Shown piece after piece: positions 21,459 to 30,965 of a stretch of 64,000 bases of DNA. Source of the stretch: Candidatus Bathyarchaeota archaeon (GTDB taxonomy: Archaea; Thermoproteota; Bathyarchaeia; Bathyarchaeales; Bathycorpusculaceae); contig OY970176.1 of NCBI GenBank assembly GCA_963707955.1, positions 608,001 through 672,000 of the forward strand, given 5' to 3'. The first letter of the stretch is position 1. Each line of letters starts with the position of its first letter. A program made the translations under genes and the position numbers. The notes beneath the pieces were generated by a model that saw nothing but the letters and a program-made list of their open reading frames with translations, was not told where the DNA came from and did no database searches.

Positions 21459-22625
21459 TCATACGAATTCTTGAATTGGAGAATCAGCCGAAGAGTCTGC
21501 TAATTTTTCTATAGTGGTTTTGGTCAAGGCCTTTATGTTGTTGAAGTCTGACAGCTCTCCATAGCTTACAAGCGTTATGGCCGTTCCTTCGCCTCCCACC
21601 CTGGCTGTTCTGCCGATTCTGTGGAAGTAGACTAAGGCATCCAGCGGGACATCGTAGTTTATTATGTGAGTTATTCCCTGAATGTCTAGGCCTCTCGCTG
21701 CAACGTCGGTGGCGATGAGCAGTTTCAGTTTTCTATTCCTGAACAGGTTGATGACAAAGTCCCTTTGGGATTGAGTGAAACCTGCGTGCAACGGTTTTGC
21801 ATCATATCCTCTGCTTCGCAATGTTTCTGCCAGCATGCTCGTCTCTGTCCGGGTTCTGCAGAATATTATGGCTCGACCTATGTGGTTCTCGTCCAAGATT
21901 TTGCAGAGAGTCTTGAGCTTGTCATGAGAGTTCACGATCGTGTAATACTGGTTCATCTGTGTAAGGGCTATCTCGTCTTTGCTTACGAGTATTTTTTCCG
22001 GGTTCTTCATGTATCTGTTACACACGTTCATGACCGTTTGGTCTATCGTCGCTGAGAAAAGGCTCGTCTGCCTGTTTGACGGTACTCTCGAAAGTATGAA
22101 TTCAATATCCTCTATGAACCCCATGTCGAGCATTCTGTCGGCCTCGTCTAGAACGACGATCTTCACTGATGCCAGATTTAGGATGTGTCTCTCAAGCAAG
22201 TCGATTATGCGGCCTGGCGTGCCGACAACTATTTGGACGCCGCTTCGCAACGCACGCACCTGCTTTTCAATCGATTCTCCACCGTAGACCGGCAACACTC
22301 TCAATCTTGCGTATTTTGCAAGTTGGCTGATGTGCTGTGCAACCTGAACGGCAAGTTCCCGGGTTGGCACTAGAACTAGACCTTGGACATTGTTGATTCC
22401 TGAGTTGACTCGTTCAATCATCGGAATTCCGAATGCCGCGGTCTTACCGGTTCCGGTTTGTGCTTGTCCGATGACGTCCCTGCCTTCAAGAAGCGGGGTT
22501 ATGGCTTGAGCCTGTATTGGAAAAAGGTTACTGAACCCAAGCTCTTCTATGCTTTTCAAGACTTGCGAACTTATCGGCAGGTCTTTAAAGTGCTCCATTT
22601 GCATATATTTCATTTCTCCTGCCAC
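21459..22625 (-). CDS. DEAD-box RNA helicase (DeaD/CshA-like)
   Basis: Q motif, AQTGTGKT, PTRELA, TPGR, DEAD, SAT, ARGLD, HRIGRTAR. Confidence 0.95.
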   Translation of the reverse strand: MAGEMKYMQMEHFKDLPISSQVLKSIEELGFSNLFPIQAQAITPLLEGRDVIGQAQTGTGKTAAFGIPMIERVNSGINNVQGLVLVPTRELAVQVAQHISQLAKYARLRVLPVYGGESIEKQVRALRSGVQIVVGTPGRIIDLLERHILNLASVKIVVLDEADRMLDMGFIEDIEFILSRVPSNRQTSLFSATIDQTVMNVCNRYMKNPEKILVSKDEIALTQMNQYYTIVNSHDKLKTLCKILDENHIGRAIIFCRTRTETSMLAETLRSRGYDAKPLHAGFTQSQRDFVINLFRNRKLKLLIATDVAARGLDIQGITHIINYDVPLDALVYFHRIGRTARVGGEGTAITLVSYGELSDFNNIKALTKTTIEKLADSSADSPIQEFV

Positions 22626-22770
22626 AAAATTTTACATGCATTTCCAAAAGCTTTCAGAAGCTTCGTTAATTACATGAATTAATGTGACAAGCTCAGTAGA
22701 CACCGATTCTCATATAAAAAGGTTTAGCAACCATAAGAAAGAAAAGAACCAGACAAAACTCGTGAGCAAT

Positions 22771-22842
22771 GAAGAAAACCTCAATAAGTTGGTCAAATTC
22801 GGTTTTGAGTATATTGTCAGAAGGATGACGTACTGTGCTTTG
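22771..22842 (+). pseudogene. relic of a tyrosine-integrase C-terminal tail
   Basis: EENLNKLVKFGFEYI then, after a shift, QKDDVLCF; resembles LLEVGFEYVLQKDNLIFL at 46.5 kb. Confidence 0.4.
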
Positions 22843-23011
22843 GTGCATGTTCAGTGTTTGAATACATCAAGACATAACTCCGTTGTTGCCTTATTTGTTA
22901 TTCTGGTCAATCCTTTGGCTTCACCGATAAACTTTCCAGTTCTTGCAAGCTAAATTTGAGAAGTGCATGGACTGCACTTGCCGAGCCCTGCTCCCAATCA
23001 GCGTAAACTAG

Positions 23012-23677
23012 CTACAATGCGCCTTCGTAGACCGAGTCAGGCATGGGTCTCCGCCATGCATCCGGATTCTTATACCTAACGGCAGGCGCCGTGTCCACGT
23101 TCTTCACCTGCTGCCCCGCTAGAAACTTCTTCATCTTTGCCAAAAGCTCCAAATGAATCTCCTCATCCTTGATGATCGTCTCGAAAACATCCTTCAAGTA
23201 TTTTAAATCCACGTTGTAGCTCTCACGAATCAACTCGGTCATACGCTGAAGTGTCTTCATCCGAGCAAGTGCATAATACTCCTCACCCATGGCGCTCTCT
23301 AACAGCGAAAGCTTCTTCGCTAGAGAAGACAGACTCTCAACCACCGCCTTCTTCTCATTGGCAATTTCATGTGAAATGTCATCAATCACCGTCCAAGAGA
23401 TGCTTAGCCTCTTCTCACAATCCTTTGCCTTCACCCTCGACCCTCCGATGCTCTGACTTATACCGTTAAGAATCGCCGAGTGCTTCCGAGAATCATAAGC
23501 TATGTGAAGCAAAAGAGATTTGATAAACGGGGGATCCATCCTATCAGCTAAATTCTTGTAAAGCAGATAAGTCCCCTCCTCAAAAACACTGTCACACCAC
23601 AGAGAATCTGTAATGTTATCCCTCTTACTCTTCTTCAAGCTAGCCACCTGTGAAGAATAGCAAGATGACAAGCTCAT
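23012..23677 (-). CDS. ferritin-like (rubrerythrin-fold) protein
   Basis: Two helical repeats with E...Y and (D/E)xxH motifs (YDSRKHS, KDEEIHL). Confidence 0.65.
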   Translation of the reverse strand: MSLSSCYSSQVASLKKSKRDNITDSLWCDSVFEEGTYLLYKNLADRMDPPFIKSLLLHIAYDSRKHSAILNGISQSIGGSRVKAKDCEKRLSISWTVIDDISHEIANEKKAVVESLSSLAKKLSLLESAMGEEYYALARMKTLQRMTELIRESYNVDLKYLKDVFETIIKDEEIHLELLAKMKKFLAGQQVKNVDTAPAVRYKNPDAWRRPMPDSVYEGAL

Positions 23678-23825
23678 AAACGGTTTATGAATCTAAGATC
23701 CGCGTTTATTCGTTTAATGGGAGAACCTCCAAGCGATTACGCTAGAATTGGGAGTGCGAGTCAAGTCGCCTTCAACTGGGTCTTAATCAAAGATGAACAT
23801 ATGACGCCCCTTCTGGGTGCCACCA

Positions 23826-24027
23826 AGCGCGCATGCTTGTTCCTGAATTCCTAGATTCCGTCCAAGAGGGAGGCATGACGTTTCTCGATGGTTACCGTCA
23901 CGGTTCGGCTGGGTTCTTGCGTGCTCACACCCTCCCCCCCCGGGGTATCCTATATGATCCAAATATGATTGAAGAGCAGAATGAGCAGCGCAAGCCACTT
24001 CCCGAAAGAATTCAGGAACACGCTAGC
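23826..24027. mobile_element. ~200-bp MITE-like element, copy 2
   Basis: TIR core TGTTCCTGAATTC / GAATTCAGGAACA; shares CTATATGATCCAAATATGATTGAAGAGCA core with copy 1. Confidence 0.7.
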
Positions 24028-24240
24028 CTGCTGTATACTGTGTACTGTAGACTGAATATGAAATCGTGCGACAGAAGATATTTATAACCAAGTGCACAAG
24101 TGTTTGCAGTGATGAGTTGGCAAAACAGTACCTGCGACAACCAATCCTAGTCACAGCCTTCAGACTAACATGTGAAAAGAGCCGTTACGAGGCTACCGAC
24201 TCGTCTGGGAGACCACATCAGTAGGAGGTGAAAGCGAGCA

Positions 24241-24849
24241 ATGATCAAATTTCTCAAGAACCGACGTGCACTCAGCACAACCGTAACGACACTCATAATC
24301 CTGGTCGTAGCAGTGCTTCTGGCAACCGTCGTAACGTACTTCGCAATCAACGTTGTAAGCACGAGAGTGCAAGAAGAAAGCCTGAGTGTGGTCAAGCAAC
24401 ACGTTTGGTGCAACGCCACCGGCATCATAGGATCACCGTCATATGCCCTAGCATCTCTCATGGTGACCAACACGGGCGGCAGAGACGTTGTGATTAACAC
24501 AATCGAGGTCAGAGGCCAAGTTTGCCCATGGAACGACACGGGAGGCGCGACTGACAAGTTCATCCTATACTGTACCACTGAAAACCCCATATCCAATGAC
24601 CTTAGCTACACGCCCAACTTCAACTCCACAGGAGGCATCAACTACGTGATGGTCGGAGCGACACAGTACAACTTCACCGTGGCCACGAACCCGTTGATCT
24701 TGAAGTCGGGTGACACGATGCTCGTATACATAGTGAACCCTGACAGCATATCAGTGAACGACGTAGGATTGTCAGTAGGCATCACGATATTTTCAGCTCA
24801 AGCGGCATACTACCGAGAAACCAACGTACAAGCAGTATCTTCCTCTTAA
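24241..24849 (+). CDS. type IV pilin (class III signal peptide), paralog 1
   Basis: KNRRA|LSTTVTTLIILVV signal; TNTGGRDVV core. Confidence 0.85.
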   Translation: MIKFLKNRRALSTTVTTLIILVVAVLLATVVTYFAINVVSTRVQEESLSVVKQHVWCNATGIIGSPSYALASLMVTNTGGRDVVINTIEVRGQVCPWNDTGGATDKFILYCTTENPISNDLSYTPNFNSTGGINYVMVGATQYNFTVATNPLILKSGDTMLVYIVNPDSISVNDVGLSVGITIFSAQAAYYRETNVQAVSSS

Positions 24850-24917
24850 ACTCCTACTCCTACATTTTTTATTATATCCAGTTTTTCGTTGTAAACGCAT
24901 TAATTTTATCAAACGTA

Positions 24918-24940
24918 TGTGTATCTCTGTTCTACGCACA
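24918..24940. promoter_or_regulatory. candidate operator TGTGTA-N9-TACGCACA upstream of pilin 2
   Basis: Imperfect inverted repeat recurring at 25776 and 26491. Confidence 0.4.
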
Positions 24941-24988
24941 AATTGACATATTCGGAATTGTTGTTAGTCGTTGGTCGAGGAAACATAA

Positions 24989-25579
24989 ATGAAGAATATA
25001 CTAAAGAATCGTAGAGCTCTGAGCACAGTTGTCACAACGCTGATCATACTCGTCGTTTCAGTGCTATTAGCAGGAGTCGTAACGTACTTCGCAATCAACG
25101 TCGTAAGCACGAGAGTACAAGAAGAAAGCTTGAACCTGCAATATCAGCACGTATGGTTTAGCACCACGGACAGTAAAGCAGAGGCAGCCATAATGATAAC
25201 CAACACGGGCGGCAGAGACGTTGTCTTACAAAGCATCGCAGTTCGGGGACAGACCATTCCAACAGCCGATCTTTTCTGGTTCCCGGTAACAACAATAGCC
25301 GACTTGAAATATGTTAGCCAAACGACAAATATTAGCACTTCAACTCTCATTCCTGCGGCTTTCCAGAACGCAGGAAACAACCTCACCTTCACCGCAACCA
25401 CGACCTCTATAACTCTGAAATCTGGCAGCACCATAGCAGTTTACTTGTGTGCAGGAACGACACCGCCATTTGCACCCGGCAGTGTCACAGTGAATGACGT
25501 AGGCTTGACAATCGCAATATCAGTGTTCTCAGCGCAAGCAACGTACATCAAAGAAACCAACGTCAACGCAGCCAGCTAA
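24989..25579 (+). CDS. type IV pilin, paralog 2
   Basis: KNRRA|LSTVVTTLIILVV; followed by a T-rich terminator-like tract. Confidence 0.87.
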   Translation: MKNILKNRRALSTVVTTLIILVVSVLLAGVVTYFAINVVSTRVQEESLNLQYQHVWFSTTDSKAEAAIMITNTGGRDVVLQSIAVRGQTIPTADLFWFPVTTIADLKYVSQTTNISTSTLIPAAFQNAGNNLTFTATTTSITLKSGSTIAVYLCAGTTPPFAPGSVTVNDVGLTIAISVFSAQATYIKETNVNAAS

Positions 25580-25775
25580 ATCAGAGTTCCTCTTTTTCTT
25601 TTTTATTTTCATGTTTTTGAGGTTCTCCACAATTTGTTGCGTATCTGCGGTTCGTGGGGATGATGTGATGTTCTTCTACGCGGATGTATGTGTTTCGCGT
25701 AGGCATGTGGCTATCCGTGTTCCCTATTTACTATGAGTTGTTTGTCAGGTGCGCATCTCCAGATCGTCCGTGCTA

Positions 25776-25798
25776 TGTGTAGCTGTGTTCTACGCACA
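25776..25798. promoter_or_regulatory. candidate operator TGTGTA-N9-TACGCACA upstream of pilin 3
   Basis: Same motif as 24918; part of the duplicated leader. Confidence 0.4.
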
Positions 25799-25846
25799 AA
25801 TTGACATATCGAGAACTGCTGTTAGTCGTTGGTCGAGGAAACATAA

Positions 25847-26416
25847 ATGAAGAATATACTAAAGAATCGTAGAGCTCTGAGCACAGTTGTCACAACGCTG
25901 ATCATACTCGTCGTTTCAGTGCTATTAGCAGGAGTCGTAACCTACTTCGCAATCAACGTCGTAAGCACAAGAGTACAAGACGAAAGCCTGAACCTGCAAT
26001 ATCAGCACGTATGGTTCAGCACCACCGACAATAAAGCAGAAGCAGCCATAATGATAACCAACACGGGCGGCAGAGACGTAGTCTTACAAAACATCGCAGT
26101 CCGGGGACAGACCATTCCGGCAAGCGAAGTTTTCTACTTCACGGTGACTACAATAGGCGACTTGCCATATTATAGCCAAGCGAACACGATTAGCACTACT
26201 AACACCACTGTTCCTACTGGTTTCGGCGCCTCAGGCGACTTCAAACAAGCCACGACCATAACTCTGACATCTGGCAGCACCATAGCAGTTTACATGTTTG
26301 CGGCAACGACAGCACCCGGCAGCGTCACAGTGAATGACGTAGGCTTGACAATCGCAATATCAGTGTTCTCAGCGCAAGCAACGTACATCAAAGAAACCAA
26401 CGTCAACGCAACTTAA
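25847..26416 (+). CDS. type IV pilin, paralog 3 (recent duplicate of paralog 2)
   Basis: Near-identical leader, N-terminal half and C-terminus to paralog 2; divergent middle. Confidence 0.87.
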   Translation: MKNILKNRRALSTVVTTLIILVVSVLLAGVVTYFAINVVSTRVQDESLNLQYQHVWFSTTDNKAEAAIMITNTGGRDVVLQNIAVRGQTIPASEVFYFTVTTIGDLPYYSQANTISTTNTTVPTGFGASGDFKQATTITLTSGSTIAVYMFAATTAPGSVTVNDVGLTIAISVFSAQATYIKETNVNAT

Positions 26417-26490
26417 GACAACAACACCTTTTTTTTCTATTTTTCTCCTTATGTTTTTTTGATTTCATTTCTCAAGTGACCCGCATGTCA

Positions 26491-26512
26491 TGTGTAGTTT
26501 TGCGTACGCACA
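26491..26512. promoter_or_regulatory. candidate operator TGTGTA-N8-TACGCACA upstream of the pilus assembly operon
   Basis: Same motif in an otherwise non-homologous leader. Confidence 0.4.
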
Positions 26513-26582
26513 CATGCTCTCATACTTCTTACAACAGAATTGAGTCTGTGAGGAACAAAACGGCTGGAAAGAAGGCAGCAAA

Positions 26583-27422
26583 TTGAAATCAAGCCCACTT
26601 GTCCGTGAACTTGCAAAACTCTATCACTCTAAGAAAGCTTTGGCCATTCCAGTCACTTTTCTCATTCTCTTCGTTTCCACTTTGTTTTTGGTAGCTGTAA
26701 CTTACGACCTTGCGATTGAAAGAATCAACGCAAACAGCCAGGACTTGAAGGTTTCCACGGCACAAGGAAACATGATGACTCTTGACGAGGACTTATCATC
26801 AGTTCTGTGGCAGTCAGGCTCTTCGAAAACATTCGACTTCACCGATTCCGGCGGACAACTGAACATCGAACCAACAGCCAATCCCTTGTCAATAAGCATA
26901 ACGGACAACAACAGCATCTCTGCAACCGTCTTCAACGACTCAGTGGGCTGGGTCGTGTATGAACTACCCTATTCAGAAACAGCCGACACAGGACTCTTCC
27001 TAAGAGGAGACGAACGCGCGATAGTGAATCAAAGCGGTTTTTCCATGACCCAGTTATACATTCGGGAAGGTGCTGAACACACCGAAATCTTGCTTAGATA
27101 CCGCCCAATCGTATCGTGCGTTGCCGCTGAGACCCAAGACAACAAGACCGTCAACGACGTGCGCATCTACGTCGTCGATTTGAACTCTTCTCAACTGATC
27201 GAACTGATGGGAGAAGTCCCGTTGAAAATAACGTGCGAATCCACGGAAACCTCAGTCACATCCTTCGACGTTCCATATCAGCCAGGAACATTACTCGTCA
27301 CTGCAAACTTCGACAATATCAACGGGCAAGTATCGGTTCCCATATCGAGCACGAGTTATGGCGCGATAGTGAACGTCGAACTCGTCCTCTGTGAAGTCCA
27401 AATCGAAAGGTGGGTGATGTAA
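26583..27422 (+). CDS. minor pilin-like protein
   Basis: SKKA|LAIPVTFLILFV class III-like signal, then beta-rich secreted domain. Confidence 0.7.
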   Translation: MKSSPLVRELAKLYHSKKALAIPVTFLILFVSTLFLVAVTYDLAIERINANSQDLKVSTAQGNMMTLDEDLSSVLWQSGSSKTFDFTDSGGQLNIEPTANPLSISITDNNSISATVFNDSVGWVVYELPYSETADTGLFLRGDERAIVNQSGFSMTQLYIREGAEHTEILLRYRPIVSCVAAETQDNKTVNDVRIYVVDLNSSQLIELMGEVPLKITCESTETSVTSFDVPYQPGTLLVTANFDNINGQVSVPISSTSYGAIVNVELVLCEVQIERWVM

Positions 27423-27426
27423 TACT

Positions 27427-27873
27427 TTGCCTTCGATAATTCCCAGTTACGTTTACACGCTTTTCGCGTGCATCGCAGTGGGCGCACTTCTCATTTACGC
27501 TTCAAGTCTATCCAGTATCAGCGTGAAAAACGAAGCAGACCTGCAGGAATTGAAAAACATAGCAGACTACGTCGCAGCGACAAGTTTCGAACTCGTTTCG
27601 TCAACTCAGACGAACAACCTAACGGCAAATCTCATGTTGAGCATCCCTTCAACGGTTGGAAATCAAAGATACTGGGTTCAGCTGGACAACGACTCATTCA
27701 GAAGCTGGGTCAACATCGGGTTCGGAACAACTCCACAAACAAGCGGGCAGCGAACGTACATACCGTCCGAAGTCTCGGCGTTCGGAGATTACGTCAGCGG
27801 TGCGGGAATACCTGTTTTGAGATGTTACTCAGACGGGTCTGCGACCTATCTAGAAATTTCGGAAGGTGCGTGA
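27427..27873 (+). CDS. membrane-anchored pilus-associated protein
   Basis: N-terminal TM helix; in operon with the assembly ATPase. Confidence 0.65.
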   Translation: MPSIIPSYVYTLFACIAVGALLIYASSLSSISVKNEADLQELKNIADYVAATSFELVSSTQTNNLTANLMLSIPSTVGNQRYWVQLDNDSFRSWVNIGFGTTPQTSGQRTYIPSEVSAFGDYVSGAGIPVLRCYSDGSATYLEISEGA

Positions 27874-27874
27874 A

Positions 27875-29448
27875 ATGAAACTCGGAAAGAAGAAAGAACT
27901 GGTTGAAGAAAAGGAAGAGACCTCTGAAGAGGATTTGATGGGATACTTGGGCATTCAGGGCTGTCGAGTCCCCGAAGGTTATACACAAGTGGAAAGCTAC
28001 CCCTTGAAGCCTCCTTACTCTTACGCGTGGATCTTCCAGAATGAAAGCGAGGGCGGCTACCTGTACGTCGTCGATGAACTGTCAATGACCAAAGAGGAAA
28101 GAGACACCTGCAAGAGGCTCAGGAACATCCTTGAGTATGAGCTAAAGGCACCGATGGCTGAAGAAACGTTGATAGAATCATTCCACAGACAGCTCCCCGG
28201 AATAATGGAAAATCACGCAAAGATTCTCGACGGAATCAACGAGGTTGGCAAGAGGAAGATTCTGTACTACATCGAAAGGGACATGATCGGATACGGCAAG
28301 ATAGACGGCCTGATGGCAGATCCTTTTATCGAAGACATCAGCTGCCTCGGCGTGAACAAGCCAATCTACCTGTGGCACAGAAAATACGAGAACATACGAA
28401 CAAACATCGCTATCGAAGACGAAGAAGAGCTAGACGACTTCATCACCAGAATAGTGCACAGACAAGGAAAACACGTCAGCATAGCCCACCCCATTGTCGA
28501 CCTGACCCTTCCAGGAAAACACAGACTCGCAGTATCCTTTGGAAAGGAAACAACACCGGCGGGAACGAGCTTCACGATCAGAAAATTCAGAGAAGACCCA
28601 CTAACCATAGTGGACCTACTCATGAACGAAACCATCGACGAGACTATCGCAGCATACCTTTGGATTTTGATGGAAAACAAGATTTCAGTCATGATTGTCG
28701 GTCCCACAGGAGCCGGAAAAACAACGGCACTTAACGCCATAGCCTGTCTGATAAAACCGGACTTCAAAATAATATCAGTCGAAGAAGTCGCCGAAATAAA
28801 CCTGCCACAAGAAAACTGGATCTCCACAATCGCTAGGCCAGGCTTCGGCAGCGACAGCGAAGGAGAAGTGACACTCTACGACCTTATCAAATCAGCCGTC
28901 AGACATCGACCTGCCCTGATCCTCGTAGGCGAGGTCAGAGGAGAAGAACCTACGTGCTCTTCCAAGCGCTGGCCACTGGCCACGGTGGGCTCTGCACGAT
29001 GCACGCTGAAGACGTCGAAACAGCCGTCAAACGTTTAACTCAACCGCCGATGAACATTCCGCCCTCCATAATCTCCCTGATGAACTGCGTCATAGTCGTC
29101 AAACAGGTCAAAGTCCCAGACTTCTTATCCCTCGAAAGAAAGGTCTCAACGAGAAAATTCGTGAGAATATCAGAACTTGACGCGGCTGGCGTGTTACACG
29201 AGGTTTTCTCGTGGAACCCTTCGGTTGACTCCTTCCAACAGAACCTTGAACAGAGCTACTTGCTCCCAAAGATCGCTAAAAACCTTGACGTCCCAACGAG
29301 CGTCATACTGCAAGAGGTTGAGAAACGCAAACAGATACTGCTGAAAATGGTTGAGAAGAACCTTCGAGACTTCAGAAGCGTACACAAAGCTCTGACCAAC
29401 TCCCTCAACGTGTCAGAAGTGATCAACAAAGAAGCAACAAGGGAGTAA
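27875..29448 (+). CDS. type IV pilus assembly ATPase (TadA/ArlI family), split by a 1-bp frameshift at ~28948
   Basis: FTIRKF, GPTGAGKTT, SVEEVAE, VGEVRGEE; adding one G restores EAYVLFQALATGHGGLCTMHA. Confidence 0.92.
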
Positions 29449-29454
29449 CGGCAA

Positions 29455-30954
29455 ATGTCAATATTCAACGGAATCTTCGGCAAAATCTTCGGCTCCGTAA
29501 CCAGAGCCACAAGTGAGGAGAGAGAAAAAGTAGATCACGAGTTGCCCTTCCTCGTGATGATGTTCACGCTTATGGCTGCTTGCGGCATATCTCCATACGA
29601 CGGTTGGAAAAGAATACGAAAACTCACTTTCCTCCCGTTCTTCAAGAAAGAGGCAGATGAAGTCATAAGGCAAGTGGAAGTTCTGGGAAAAGACCCCCTT
29701 ACAGTAATGCGTCAGAGAGGCGAAAAAACAACTTCAAAACCCTACCGCAACTTTCTAGGCGGTTTCGTCTCGTCCGTCAGAAGCGGAGGAAAACTAGTCG
29801 ACTACATGAGAAGTGAACTCAAATCAATCTTCGAGATTCGAAACAACGCCATTACACGTTCAATAGAGAAAATCGCGACTCTAGTCGAAGTTTACTCAGT
29901 CATGTTGATCGTCGTGCTCTGCTCGTACATACTCTTCGTCGTATTCTCGGCCTCAAACACGTTGCAGATGCTGGCCCAGACTTCAATCTCCATTTCGCCT
30001 ACTCTTGCTTACCTCCTTGCGTTCATCCTTATGCCAGTGCTCTCCTTAGTTTTCATCCTCATAGCTCACAACATGCAGAGAAGCGCCTTCGAGGACCTCG
30101 GAGACATCTACAAACGAGCCCTGATACTCCTCATAGGAATTGGAGCCGCACTGGCAATAATCGTAACCGTTCCAAGCGTGTCCAACCTTATACAACCAAT
30201 AGGCCTCGCGGAAGTGTTCACTATAGGGTTGATCGCGATCTCTCTGCCTCCAGCGATTCAGTACTACAGACTTGCGAAGATTAACTACAACGCTGAAGAC
30301 GCCATCCCAAGTTTCATCCGGGAAGTCACTGAATCGCAGAAAATCGGTCTGTCCCCAGAAAAGAGCATAGTGCAGGCAACGAAACGCAAGGACTACGGAT
30401 ATTTTTCACGTTTTCTAGAATTGATTCAAAGCCAGATCGAATGGGGCGTTCCACTCAGAAGAACATTTGAAAACATACGCCAAAAGATCCGAAGCTGGTT
30501 CGTGGTAGCAAACTTCGCTATGATGGTTGAGACCATAGAAATCGGTGGAAACTCGACCGACGCCCTAGAGATACTCGCAGAATACAGTGAAAAAGAACGT
30601 GAACTGCAGATCAACAGGCGCGCATTGCTGAAACCCTACATCATACTTGCCTTCGTCTGGAGCATACTCATCGCAGTGACAACCACTATAGTCGCCTTAA
30701 CAACCTATCTGATGACCAACGTCGTCAGCTCGACCCTTGCGCCCGTAGCAATCACGGGAATTCAAGATCAGATGAAACTATTCTCAATCGGCATCATCCT
30801 GCAATGCTGGATCTCAGGCTTCTTCATAGGCAAAATAAGCGAAGGCAACTTCGCCGCAGGCTTCAAACACTCAGCTATGCTTGCCGCGACAGCCTACATA
30901 TCACTCGTCCTTTCGCAGCTGTTCCTCGCCGGAGCGTTCGCAATCCCAGCATAG
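29455..30954 (+). CDS. type IV pilus membrane platform protein (TadC/ArlJ, T2SSF domains)
   Basis: Two T2SSF-like domains (ELPFLV...GKDPL; IPSFIREV...G), multiple TM helices, GKISEGN C-terminus. Confidence 0.9.
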   Translation: MSIFNGIFGKIFGSVTRATSEEREKVDHELPFLVMMFTLMAACGISPYDGWKRIRKLTFLPFFKKEADEVIRQVEVLGKDPLTVMRQRGEKTTSKPYRNFLGGFVSSVRSGGKLVDYMRSELKSIFEIRNNAITRSIEKIATLVEVYSVMLIVVLCSYILFVVFSASNTLQMLAQTSISISPTLAYLLAFILMPVLSLVFILIAHNMQRSAFEDLGDIYKRALILLIGIGAALAIIVTVPSVSNLIQPIGLAEVFTIGLIAISLPPAIQYYRLAKINYNAEDAIPSFIREVTESQKIGLSPEKSIVQATKRKDYGYFSRFLELIQSQIEWGVPLRRTFENIRQKIRSWFVVANFAMMVETIEIGGNSTDALEILAEYSEKERELQINRRALLKPYIILAFVWSILIAVTTTIVALTTYLMTNVVSSTLAPVAITGIQDQMKLFSIGIILQCWISGFFIGKISEGNFAAGFKHSAMLAATAYISLVLSQLFLAGAFAIPA

Positions 30955-30965
30955 GAGACTAGCAC

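Noticed and set aside
23833-24087. 84-aa ORF within repeat copy 2
   Set aside because: The equivalent frame in copy 1 has indels and a stop (GAG TAG); conservation is at nucleotide level
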